Under the pieces are notes generated by a model. The model searched no databases, was not told the origin of the DNA, and saw only the letters and a program-made list of their open reading frames with translations. Of a DNA stretch of 64,000 nt, positions 23,715 to 35,100 are shown piece after piece (within the stretch, counting starts at the first letter, position 1; each line of letters begins with the position of its first letter). The stretch comes from Selaginella moellendorffii (taxonomy: Eukaryota; Plantae; Lycopodiophyta): assembly GCF_000143415.4 (NCBI RefSeq), contig NW_003314350.1, positions 186,001 through 250,000 of the forward strand, read 5' to 3'. The position numbers were made by a program, and so were the translations under genes.

Positions 23715-25007
23715 ATGGCCGCAGCTTTAGCAACTGTAGCTATGGTAGCGCTTTCGATCGCCGTGGCTGCTCTCTACTCGAGAATTCTCTCGACTTCACG
23801 CCTTGCTGATCCACTCCCACTGAATTTTCCTCGTCCGCCATCAATCCACGATTTTCCAGAGGCCAGGGACGAGATGGAGCGAATGGAACGCATCGGAGAA
23901 GGCTTGATTCCAGGAGCCGAGGACTTTGCTGTCGACCAAGATGAAAGATACCTCTACGCAGCTTGCAGCGATGGCTGGATTCGTCAGATTGATCTGGTCG
24001 ATCACAGCGTCAAGAACTGGAGCTACGTCGGAGGAAGGCCGCTTGGAATTGCTGCTGGTTTGTCCAAGGATGAAATGCTCGTCTGCGAGCCACAGATGGT
24101 AAGCAAAACTTTGAAAGAGTCTAAAAGAAACTTTGCATACCTTTTGTTGAGAAGGGACTGCTCAGTGTCACCGAGAATGGAGTCCGAGTTCTTTCCGGCC
24201 AAGCAGACGGCCTCAGCTACAAGTCCGTTAAGTTGCTTTCGCTACCACTGATCGATCTTCTTCTGTTTTGTTCTTCAAGGTTGGCCGACGGACTGGATGT
24301 TGCTCGAGACGGGACCGTCTACTTCACGGATGCAAGCACCAGCTATGGCTTGCACGACTTTGATCTCGACTTGCTCGAAGGCCGTCCATATGGTCGACTC
24401 TTGGAATACAGTCCTCGCACGAACCAGACCACGGTGCTGCTGAGAAGCTTGTTCTTCCCCAATGGAGTCGCTCTCTCCGAAAACGAAGACTTCCTCGTCT
24501 TCTGTGAGACTTCCCAGTAAGTCTGGTCCTCCGCCTGTTTATCCTTCATTTCTTCTGTTGTTTTCCCAGAGCAAGATTGCAGCGGTACTGGCTTCGAGGA
24601 GATAAAGCTGGAACAGCTGAAGTTTACGTTGACAATCTTCCGGGACTTCCTGATAATGTGCACCGTTTTGGAAACCATTTCTGGATAGCTCTTCTTGGAG
24701 TAAGTCTTACTGTTTTGAAGATGCGTTAACAAAGCTTTTACAGGGACGCTCTTTCTTGTGGGAACAAGCCCTGAAATTTCCACTTGTCAAACACATTCTT
24801 GGAAGCCAGAGGTTGCTACTACATTACCTGCACACTTCTTATTCCAGAGTATTGACTGTCGACGAAGACGGCAAGCCTTTGGACATGTATGAGTCGCTCC
24901 AGAGCGAGTCCATAGGATTCATGACCACAGGAATGCGCGTTGGAAACTTTCTCTACCTCGGCAGCCTTTCAGCGAACTACATAGGCAGAATTCCCGTCCA
25001 AGAATAA
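23715..25007 (+). CDS. Strictosidine synthase-like (SSL/APMAP-type six-bladed beta-propeller), multi-exon
   Basis: N-terminal anchor, then GAEDFAVD, VGGRPLGI, LADGLDVARDGTVYFTDAS, GRLLEYSP, LFFPNGVALS, DNLPGLPDNV and LYLGSL. Confidence 0.93.
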
Positions 25008-25104
25008 GACGTCCTCAAGCTACAACAAAAGACATGGAAAGTATTAAGAACGCAACATGGAAAATTGAAAACTATTCCTTACGTGCTCGGCATTTGTCGG
25101 GAGC

Positions 25105-27114
25105 TTATAAACCATCCGTGACTGCCGCACGCATAACTGCAGGAGGAATGCCACCCTTCTTGACCAAAGTTTGAGCTAGCTTGTCCGCCTGATCACCCAT
25201 TCCAGCCTTCCAGAGCCGCCGTATTATCGAGTTCACAGTCATCAGCTTTATGAGACCTTTGTCGACCATCATGTAGATAACTTGAAAGCCAGGCTCCAGA
25301 TTCTTCAGCCTTGACAAGATTATGTCCAGTCCTTTCGGAAAACCATCTCGCTGGTCAGCGAACTGATAGTCTTCAGCCATCTTTCCAGACCTGGTAAAGC
25401 CTTCTGTTAGAGTCTTGTAAGTGACTGCAGTTGGAAGGCATTTGGCGTCCACCATCGCAACAAAAACTGCGCAAGCTTCCTCAATCTTCACGACCTTGCA
25501 GAATCCGTCGAGAAGAATGTTGTAAGTGACAACACTTGGTAGGCCTTCGTCTTGCATCTCGTGAAAGAAAGCAAGAGCCTCGCCCATCTTTGCTGCCTTA
25601 CACAGCCCGCCGAGCAAGGAATTGTAGATGTGAGTGTTGGCTTTGGATCCCATCTGGCCCATCGAAAGTAGAAACCAGCGTGCTTCGGAAAACCTTCCAG
25701 ACTTGCAAAGACCGTCGATGATAGCACACGAAGTGACCACGCTTGGAGCACTCAAGCTCGAGCTCAGTATCCCTTTGAGATGCCTGCGAGCTTTTTCCGG
25801 CCTGTGTGTCTTGTAGAGACCATCTACGATCATCGTGTATGTCCCTGTGTTTGCTGGAGCACGCCCCTTCCTCAACGTTTCATGAAGAAGCTTGCAAGCT
25901 TTGTCAGCTTCCCCGCTGTTACAAAGCTCCTCGATCATCAAACAGTAGACTTGAGAACTTGGTTGGCATCCCACTCGATCCATCTCTTCGAGCAGCTCCA
26001 AGGCTTGCAAGCTCCGTCCCGACTTACAGAGCCCATTCACAAGAGTGCCAATCATGACAGGATCCGGAGCGCACTTGTTCCCTTGCGTAACGTTGCTGAA
26101 AAACTCGAGTGCCTGTTCCACCATGTCTAGCTCGCAAAATCCAGCAACGATACTGTTGTAAGTCGCGGCGTCTGGATTCAGACCCCTGCTCGTCGACATC
26201 TCCTCCAAAAGCCTCAATCCATCCTCCACTCTTTTCGACTTGCAAAGCCCCTGGATAAGAATGCCGTAAGTGACAGCGTTGATCATAGCTTTGTCCTTGC
26301 ATCTCTCGAAAACCAGCTCTAGAGCCTCGTCTACTCTTCCGGCCCTGCACAGCCCATCGATCAGAGCATTCGCAGCGGCAAGCGTTACCATCGTGGAGTT
26401 CCTCTTGGTTCTCTCCGCCATCCGTGTGAAGAGCTTGACAGCCTTGTCAAAGCTCCCGGCCTTGCAAAGCCCCGCCACCAGCGTGTTGCAAGTCACAGCA
26501 CTGGGCATCCATCCCAGGTCCACGATCATCTCCTCCGCGAGGTTGAAAGCATCGCTTAGCTTCGCCACCTTGCAAAACCCATCAATCAGTGTATTGTACA
26601 TGGCAGGGTCGACTCCACTAGTATCAATCACCGACCTGAAGTGTTCCAAGGCCTCTTCCATCCTCCCAATCTGGCAAAAGCCCTTGAGAATCTCACCGTG
26701 CGTCGCTTCGTTGGGCGCCAGATCGCGAGCTTTCATCTCCTTGACGAGCCGCAGCGCCTTGCACACCTCCCCGGCCTCGCAGTAGCCCCGGACGAGGAGA
26801 TTGTAGCTCGCCACGGATGGATAGTGGAGCGGCAGGAGGAGATCTGTGAATAATCTGTGCGCCTCGCCTGGACGGCCCTCATCTACGACGACGCGCAGCA
26901 GGGAATTGCAGGTCTGCGTGTCGTGCTCGAACTTGGCCTGCGTTGGCGCCCAGCGGAAGAAATCTAGCGCAATGTCGGTCTTGCGCACGCTCGCCATAGC
27001 CTCGTGGAAGATCTGCGGCGTGATTGCGAGGGAGTACCTGTCGAGAACCTCTCTGGCCGTGATTCCGCGCATTTCCGCCCCGCGCAGGAGTTCGATCAAG
27101 ACCTTGACAGCCAT
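25105..27114 (-). CDS. P-class pentatricopeptide repeat protein
   Basis: Intronless 669-aa ORF with tandem 35-aa repeats (TYN.LIDG.CK.G....A..L..EM) and ALDFFRWA near the N-terminus. Confidence 0.95.
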   Translation of the reverse strand: MAVKVLIELLRGAEMRGITAREVLDRYSLAITPQIFHEAMASVRKTDIALDFFRWAPTQAKFEHDTQTCNSLLRVVVDEGRPGEAHRLFTDLLLPLHYPSVASYNLLVRGYCEAGEVCKALRLVKEMKARDLAPNEATHGEILKGFCQIGRMEEALEHFRSVIDTSGVDPAMYNTLIDGFCKVAKLSDAFNLAEEMIVDLGWMPSAVTCNTLVAGLCKAGSFDKAVKLFTRMAERTKRNSTMVTLAAANALIDGLCRAGRVDEALELVFERCKDKAMINAVTYGILIQGLCKSKRVEDGLRLLEEMSTSRGLNPDAATYNSIVAGFCELDMVEQALEFFSNVTQGNKCAPDPVMIGTLVNGLCKSGRSLQALELLEEMDRVGCQPSSQVYCLMIEELCNSGEADKACKLLHETLRKGRAPANTGTYTMIVDGLYKTHRPEKARRHLKGILSSSLSAPSVVTSCAIIDGLCKSGRFSEARWFLLSMGQMGSKANTHIYNSLLGGLCKAAKMGEALAFFHEMQDEGLPSVVTYNILLDGFCKVVKIEEACAVFVAMVDAKCLPTAVTYKTLTEGFTRSGKMAEDYQFADQRDGFPKGLDIILSRLKNLEPGFQVIYMMVDKGLIKLMTVNSIIRRLWKAGMGDQADKLAQTLVKKGGIPPAVMRAAVTDGL

Positions 27115-28747
27115 GAGCCCTAGAAAAACCCCCGCATTAGGGTTTTAAAGAGCTACCTGGATTTTTTTCGGCTTTTATTGTACATAAAAAATTATTAATC
27201 AAATTTTAAACTTTAATTTATAAAATTTTAATAAAATTTTCAGAATGTTGAAAAAATATATTATATATTTAGAAAAATTATGATATAGTATAGATGTCCA
27301 ATAGTTGATAGTTAAGAAAACACAAAATGTATATAATAGTTAATATTAAAAAATTTGTTTAAAATAATTTAGTTGTATTGGGTAAATTTAATTTGGCTTT
27401 TTAACTCTTTCTTAACAAACATTCAATATATTTGCAAGTAGGACAATAACAAGTTTGTGGGGATATAATGCTTACTTGTTAATTGCAAAGACTATATTGC
27501 TAATATTTTCACTATTTGCAAAAATATATTTCATGATGATATTAAAGAGTGTAAAATGTAACTCTTAGCATTTTGTAAAGTTAATATCTTCCACTTGAGG
27601 TACTGTACCCTATCATCACATTATACACCAACTCAAAAATATTAATAATTACTTACTTTAAATAATATATTATATACATCACAAATACATATACTAAATT
27701 AAAATATAAAGAAATCCTTAAAATATTCTACTCTATAATGCATATATTTTACATTTGGATGTATATGTATTTTTTTAATGGTTTTATAACTTTTGAAATA
27801 TTATTTCTCTTGGACCAAAAAGTAAAGAAAAACATATTTTATTATATAACATTTTTAAAATTAATATGTTACAAGTTACAATTTGTTTATACTAATCTTT
27901 TAATAAAATACTATATAATAGATGATTTATTATTTAAAAGATGGTATTTGTCAAATGTTATTATAAATTTTATGTATGAATTTCTTTTAAGAAAATTAAG
28001 TTATTATCCAATATTAGTAAAAAAAACTGAAGAAAGTAAATATCAAACAAAGCTTATTAACTTAATTAACATTTAATATAAAATTAAAATTTAAAATCAG
28101 TAAATAAGCTATTAACTCAATTAAAATTGTTGTGCCTTTACACTAGACCTGTTTTATAATTATTTTATATATATAAAAATAAAAAGATATATGTTTAAGA
28201 TTTAAAAATTTAAATTTAAATTTAAATTTAAATGTACATAAAAATGAATTTAGTTAAAAAATATTCAGAAAAAATATTACATAATCGAATAGATTTTTCA
28301 TGCAACAACAGAAAAAGAAAACTTTTCTTCTGTAATAAGTTCTGGAAGTCATGATGGTGATTTTGCATGGTGGGAACCTGATTGTTAAGACCATCACAGA
28401 TGGTGGTGCTCCCTTAGGTTTTGGGGGAGTGTCCATTGAAGTAGGTGCAACTTCAGATGTCCGCATTACCATCTGCATCTCTCAAGGAACAATGGGCTGT
28501 ATGTGTATATTCTTTTGTTTCCATCAAAGATTATTAACAGTAGGTTTTATTCATTTCAGATGCTGGGCACTGGTGGATATAGAACATGACCACGCATGGG
28601 CGGCATGCTTTCGGAGATGGACAAAACAGAGGTTTTACATCTGATTGAGTGACCCGAGGCTCTGAAGGCCAAGGCCATGGGAGTGTTGAGGAAGGCCAAA
28701 CTTTTTCAATGAGGCCTTTGCTAGCTTTAGTTGAAGGATTCTATTGT

Positions 28748-29860
28748 TTAATTCGTCTGGTGAAGCTTTGCAACTTTGAGGAGATACTCCAGCAGGATGG
28801 CAGGCTTGCTGAAGAACGGGCTGTGATCGGAATGAACATGAAAAACCCGTTTTGGTGGATTGTACTCGATCATCAAATCCTGCAGCTTGGGTGAAATCAG
28901 CTTGTCTTGTGTTGTCTTCACGAAGTACCTCGGAATTGATCCATACTTCTCCCGTGAGAGCTCAGCACTGTGGTGCTTGAAAAGCGGGCGAGGTTTCAAC
29001 AGCAACTTTGCTAGAACTACATCTTTGGATGGAGAAAGGTGGTAGAGCACGTCTTGTACTAAGTCAAGCTTGAATGCCGCAGCCACAGGGGTCTTTGATC
29101 CATTGGAGTAGAAGTACACTTTGCTGTTCTGTACGGCCTTGTTGTTAGTAATAACCTGTAAGTTGACACCAATTGAACACTTATAAGCATCCACTTTGCT
29201 GCTGCTCTTGATGTATCTATAGAACAGCTTTGGCAAAGAAGAAGAGAAATGAAATCAAGCAAGAGTTTTATATGAATTTAACAAGATCGAAACAATTTAC
29301 CTGGTTGTAAACAAAAGTCCCGTTGGAGCCCCTTGGAAACATATTTGCAGCCACAAACATAGCAGCTGCAATTTGGTGAGGGTATTTTTCCATCACATAG
29401 GTGAGACTGTCACCTCCGAGACTGTGACCAACTAAGATGATCTGCAGTAACAGCAAGTACTTGTTTTGGGTGAAGGCCAGCAATAAAACATAAATATCAG
29501 GTTTGTAATGTCGGTTACCTTGTGGCCACGCGGCACCGATCGGAGCAGCTGGAGTAGCGGGCCGGAGTATTGCTCCAGGCTGGTCACAGAACGGGGGTCA
29601 ACTCCGTTGATCCCCGCGCTGGTCAAGTCAACGTCGCTGACCCTGTGGCCTCGCTTCTGTAGTTGATCGATTACCTTGTACCAGCACCAAGCGCCGTGGC
29701 CTGCTCCATGAACAAGAACAAAATGGGAACTGGCATTCTGCTGCTGACTCGCTGTTCGGATCCTTGATGCTGTGGAAGTACCAATTAGATTGCCGCCATT
29801 GCAGAAGAATGATCCGAACAATCCAAAGAGTAGCAGCAGCAACACTGCAACCTGATGCAT
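28748..29860 (-). CDS. MES: Methylesterase (MES/SABP2/HNL/PNAE-type alpha/beta hydrolase) with N-terminal hydrophobic extension, probably 3 exons
   Basis: HFVLVHGAGHGAWCWYKV and GHRVSDVDL. The catalytic triad is intact: ILVGHSLGG (Ser), QDKLI (Asp), SDHSPFFSKP (His). Introns lie at about 29444-29518 and 29159-29300. Confidence 0.92.
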
Positions 29861-30647
29861 CTCCTTAGTGCACTCACCGAGATTCTCACCAAATTGGAGA
29901 AGCAGAACAAGCTGCTGCTTACCCTTGAATCAAAGGGCAATTGCTACACCACACATATATATTAAAAAAGAGATGTTGGAGCTGTCAACGTGGAAAGCAA
30001 GGGAGCAAACTGTAAGGCTTTTTCTATTATGACTTTCCGATTTATGATAAAATATGCAATTCCAATTTATTAGAAAGAGTGTGAACCGTTTGTTCCTAGC
30101 TTAGTAACCATGCGCTTGCCATGTTTGGGGACAACATCAATTACTCTTAACCAAGCTTGTGCTGTTAAGCTTCAAGAGACCCTCGTGGTAGTAAGAAGCT
30201 GCTAAATCACATCAAGTCACAGTTACCCAATGTCCAGGTCAACAGCCTCCTTGATGGCCAGGCCTGAATCGAGCTTCACCCTCGAGCAGCCCACTCCATG
30301 GATCTAGCTGCCAGTGATGTCATCGGCCGCTCATAGAAGTTGATCTATAATAACCATGACTTTAAATTGAAAAATAAATAATATAAAAGAAAAAACAGTT
30401 GACCATATACCTTTTAGAAAATTCTACATTATTCATTACAATAAAAATACATTATTTATTTAAATCTCTTATAAATATGAATAAACCGAGAAACCATATT
30501 GTATTATATGGTATTGCTAGATTAAACTTTATACTAGTTTAAGAGAAACAACTTTGGTAAATAACTAATATACTAATTTAAATATAGTTTATCTCTGTAC
30601 TGCATCTTTTGTGAAATCTGTAATTAAGGAACCAGAATCCTGTTCTA

Positions 30648-30836
30648 AACGTGAAACGTTCAAGTTGGTAGGACCGATAAATTGCATGGACCAGATAACT
30701 GTATGGAAAACGTGCACCGTATAAAACGACAAGATTTCTCTCCAAGTATGTGGCTATGTGTGTAACGTACAGAATACGGATCACACGGAAATAAAAAACG
30801 TGAAATGTGATCTCTAATAGCTCTGATAGTATAAAA
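30648..30836 (+). promoter_or_regulatory. Proximal promoter of oxygenase copy 1: three T/G-boxes and a TATA box
   Basis: AACGTG at 30648, 30709 and 30797; TATAAAA at 30830-30836, about 100 bp before the ATG. The block is largely conserved upstream of the other copies. Confidence 0.55.
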
Positions 30837-30935
30837 GACCCTTCTCCAGCCTCTGTTTCCTCAACCCACAGAGGAGTAGAAAACATTCTCCAATCAAGTT
30901 GATCAGATCGATCAAACAGTTTTCACCATTTCGAC

Positions 30936-31979
30936 ATGGCTGCAATCGTGTTGATGATTGCGTTTCTCGTGATGGCTGCAGCATGGAAGATGGTGTGTAT
31001 CCGCAAGAGAGAAGAGAGGGCACGATTTCTAGCGTCGCTCCACCCCGTGAGAGACGCACACAAGATCTTGTGGTACATGTACTCGGTGGAATTCCCCTTC
31101 CTCTCGCAAAAGGCGCTCGAGTTTGGCACAATCCGCACGCTCGGCATCCCGGGGATCACAAATCTGCTCTTCAAGACCAAGTACGGCCTCAAGGATCCGC
31201 AGAAGCGCGCCGCCCAGACCAACATTCTGGTGAGCGAGATGATCCACCACCACGTCGACAGCGATCGCGGCTCATACGCGGTGAGGAGATTGAATGGAAT
31301 CCACAACAAATTCAAGATCCCAAACGACCAATTCGCCTACGTCCTCTGCCTCAACGTGGTCGGCCCCATTGATTTCTCCGAGAGATTTGGATTCCGCAAG
31401 TGGACCGACAACGAGAAGGAGGCCGCGTATGTTGTGTGGCACGACGTGGGCGTGAGGATGGGCATCACAACCATCCCAGATAGCATTCCAGAGATGCGGG
31501 AGTACATTCGCGATTACGAGGCCAAGAACGCCATCTTCACGGACAAGAACAAGAGCATCGTCCAGGATCTCAAGCATCTGGTGCTGGATGCATTTCCTCG
31601 CCCCGTGCAGCCGCTGGTCGAGACTGGGATCTGTGCACTCATCGATCCCACAATCAGGAGCGCTGTTGGATTGGAAAAGCCTCCAGCAATTGTGGAGTGG
31701 ATCATCTTGGGTGCGTTCAAGCTGCTGGCCGGGAGCTTCGTCTCCGCGTTCTTGCCTCCCAGACGTGTGGAGGACGCAAAGGGCAGCATTGAGGTGGACT
31801 GGTGTCCTAATCCCGCTGCCAATCCGGAAGAGTACCGGCAGCTCAACGTGAATGTGTATCGGCCACCAGCATTCGAGAAGGGATACAAGCTGGCGGAGCT
31901 GGGAGCGCTGAAATCAGGCAAGCTTGGACCATACTACGATGGAGGCTTGCGCTGCCCCTTCCGGCAAATGCACGCATAG
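30936..31979 (+). CDS. MpaB/DUF2236 (Lcp-like) ER-bound heme oxygenase, copy 1 (E94Q, S143G vs consensus)
   Basis: Intronless 347 aa with an N-terminal TM anchor. Motifs EFPFLSQKALEFGTIRTLGIPGITNLL, PQKRxxxT, RRLNGIH..F.IPND.F.YVL, RFGFRKWT..EK.A...W..VG.RMGI..IP, GYKLAELG and C-terminal CPF match the MpaB/DUF2236 pattern. Confidence 0.85.
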   Translation: MAAIVLMIAFLVMAAAWKMVCIRKREERARFLASLHPVRDAHKILWYMYSVEFPFLSQKALEFGTIRTLGIPGITNLLFKTKYGLKDPQKRAAQTNILVSEMIHHHVDSDRGSYAVRRLNGIHNKFKIPNDQFAYVLCLNVVGPIDFSERFGFRKWTDNEKEAAYVVWHDVGVRMGITTIPDSIPEMREYIRDYEAKNAIFTDKNKSIVQDLKHLVLDAFPRPVQPLVETGICALIDPTIRSAVGLEKPPAIVEWIILGAFKLLAGSFVSAFLPPRRVEDAKGSIEVDWCPNPAANPEEYRQLNVNVYRPPAFEKGYKLAELGALKSGKLGPYYDGGLRCPFRQMHA

Positions 31980-32149
31980 AAATAGAACGGGCATAGGACA
32001 TTCGTTCGGAGAACAAAGCATCATTTGAAAATGCGTAGTTTACGTGAATCTTTTTGTAATTTTTGCAGAACAATATGGGATCCAAACAATTTAGAAACAC
32101 GCTCTGGCTAAAGACAATGATTCTAAGATATTACAGGTTGTAGTTAGAA

Positions 32150-35100
32150 GTCCAAGTTGACACGCTCACTTTACACCTAAGAGAAGGAAAAGTTTGTCAA
32201 GCGGAAGGAACAAAGGTCAAAAGCTTACCTCCACGAGAAAACTTCACGTTAATCCATGGGGCCTCAGCACGGCGCATGCCCACCATCAGGTGCAAACTGC
32301 CAAACTTTCCTTGGAGTCCAGCGCCACACTCACTGGCCAATCAGGATACCCGAGTACAACTTGAGCTCTCCCACTGAGATGGCTGCAAAGCCGCTTTCAA
32401 AGCTCGGCATCCCCCATGCCTATGCAAGGCAACAGACTCTAAACACACGAACAAAACACACCTTGGTACGTTCAAGGCAAAAGACTTTAAACACACGACA
32501 AAAACTCACCTTGGAGCAGTAGTACAACCGGCCAACAGGGTGCAACCCATCCGGAATCGTAAGGTCCTTCGATAACAAGGATGCTCCCCAGGCTGCAAAC
32601 TTATCCCGAACCTCCTGCTTCGTGAAGGCCTCTTCCGATATCGGCTCTCTGGGTGAGTCAGGGAACGAATGCAGAGAAGCTTCAACCAGCTGGTTTCCCT
32701 TGACCTGCACATATCCATCGATCTCAGAAATGGCATATCGCCATTCCCTCATGTCCATGGCATACACAAAACAAACGGAAATTGATTTCAAAACACGAAA
32801 CTAGAAACTGGTACATACATGAAGATATGTTGGAGGTCTTGCTTGCTTCTCTAAGCTGGCAGTGATCCACGTACATGAAAACCTGTACCAGATCTTAACG
32901 CAGATTTCAGATACTAACCAGCTTTACATAGCAGATCGCGGTGCTTCACATCAATTCCCAATCTTAGTGTACGCAATCCAGGATCGGAATGCCAATCAAG
33001 CCCTCCTCAGAGGAGGTGACATCGTTAGTAGGTTGATCAATGCCATCATGTGGAAACTCCAGGTCCAGAAAAACGGCCTCCTCATCCTGTGCCTCCTCAT
33101 CCTCCTCCAACTCTAAGCCCATCTCTAACTGGAACTCCCGCCACTCTGGTTCTTGCTCATCGTGCTTACACTCTGCCTTGTACAGCATGAAAAGGGCAAA
33201 TGAACACAAGAGCCTAGAGAAAATGCTTGCCGGCCCTTGTCTTGGAAAACCAATGTGGCGTACACATCTTTAACCTCCAACTACACGCACGGCGCTCTCC
33301 CTTCCTGGAAACATCTTTCGATTATACCTGGAATGTCGAGAAACTTAGACACAAGACGAGGTCAAGAATCCTTACCGATCATAGGGAGGCGTGGCATCTG
33401 GGAGCCTGTACCGCTTCTTAAATTGCTCTTCAGTAATCTTGCTAGGTGACACTTGGAATAGTGGTGCTTCTTGCTGTAGCGCTGCGAGTTGTGCTGTGGG
33501 AGCAACTCCTTGAGCAGAGCCCTAATGTGTTCCAAAGACGAACCAAAACCTGCATCCCTCTGTTTCTTATGAGCTGCCCCCCTCCACCTCGTCTGACTTT
33601 GGTGACTCTCTTTTGGTGATGACGGCATTGCCGTATATGATCGCGGTCACCGACTGGGTGATTCCACCTCGATTTTCGATCTGACATTGCCTACATGGTT
33701 TGAAACAATGTTTTAGCAAAGCTTTTGAAGTTTAGACAAAGTCCATTGAGCTCAAAGAACCTAGACATGAAAGGTTCTAGGAAGAACTTGGATCACTGTC
33801 ACAATCTTGCAATCCTTTGAGACTGCCCAGATGTTCGTCTGGGCAGCTCATAGTGTGGAATAAGTCAAATATTTGTCACCCAGCCTGTCAGCTAGAGCAA
33901 CTACCAAACAACAAAGAGACTTGGAACAAGATCTTTCTTAGGAAGTGGCAGACATCCCTAGATTGCAGGAGTTGTGTTGCTGCTTTATGCAAGCTTGTAT
34001 TACCCTAGAAAGGTGTAATGAACAAACTTAGTATATCTAACATGTGCAATGCTTCCCTGATCTCTTGCTAACACAACCTGGTTACTCTTTGCTTGCTAAT
34101 GGCAGCCTCACAATGCAAAACAAGCACATGCACATGACCCAGCCTCACAGCACACTGCAGATGCTGATGTGAAATTGCTTCCCACTTTTATTCTCTACCT
34201 TTGAGATTCTTGGGATCTCAGGAAATGATCTTGTCCTCATCTTCAAACACCATAAGTAGTTTGCCATGGTGGCAGCCTCTTTGCTTGGACAAAAGTGGCA
34301 TGAGTTACAAGGAAACATACACTTCTACAGTTTTCTTATTGGTAACTTTAGCTTTAAAAGGGGACTCTGTTTGAGATCTGTGACTCACAAAATAATCTTT
34401 ATAGATAGAAATTTTCAAACATACATCTTGCAATATAATTGAATTAGTACTTGCCCAGCAAATACTGGATGAATATAAAAATAAATTTTATACACCTGAG
34501 TGAGAGCTGAGTGCATGTGATATTCAAGTGTTGAGTGTTCAAGTCTTGAAGAATGTTGTAGGGCTGTGTTTCCACTTTTTGTGTGACAGCTTAGCTAGGG
34601 TAGTTATTTTGGGATCAGGGACTGGTTTATCTTGGTTAATTGTAGCTGGAGGATCTGATCTTGGCTGCTCGCTCTCTCTTTTATCCTTGCAGTTCTTTTT
34701 GTGATTTTCTCTAGGTTTTCCTCCTCCTCAGCATCATCAAATACAGAGTTTTTCCTCCTCCTCAACATCATGAAATATAGAGTTCTCCATATGCTAATGC
34801 TGTTGTGCCCATGTCATAACTTTAGATTTTGGTGCAGCTTGTTGGATGAAAATTGCATTGCTTTCTACTTGGCTTAAGCTTGTGTAGGCAATTGTCCTGC
34901 ATATGCAAGCCTTGTGTCTGACAGATTCCACATATAGGCTAGTACCTAATCTGTTTCCTCGGATGCTGGCTTGTAGCTCATTGTCTGAATTGGAGGAGAC
35001 AATGGGTGTTGAAAGAAAACTAGTGCTCAAGCCGAAGATGGCAGTGATGATGGCAAGGTCTTGATAGGAGATTTCTTGGCTTGTAAAAATAATCTTCCTT

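Noticed and set aside
27150-28260. AT-rich stretch with a 112-aa ORF and a (TTTAAA)n run
   Set aside because: Low-complexity intergenic DNA. No TIR, TSD or coding signal was recognised.
28254-28644. GC-richer island with short ORFs on both strands downstream of MES
   Set aside because: No recognisable motif or gene structure.
30899-31372. 157-aa alternative-frame ORF and antisense ORFs repeated in all oxygenase copies
   Set aside because: They are shadows of the GC-rich main ORF. Their recurrence follows from near-identical DNA, not independent selection.
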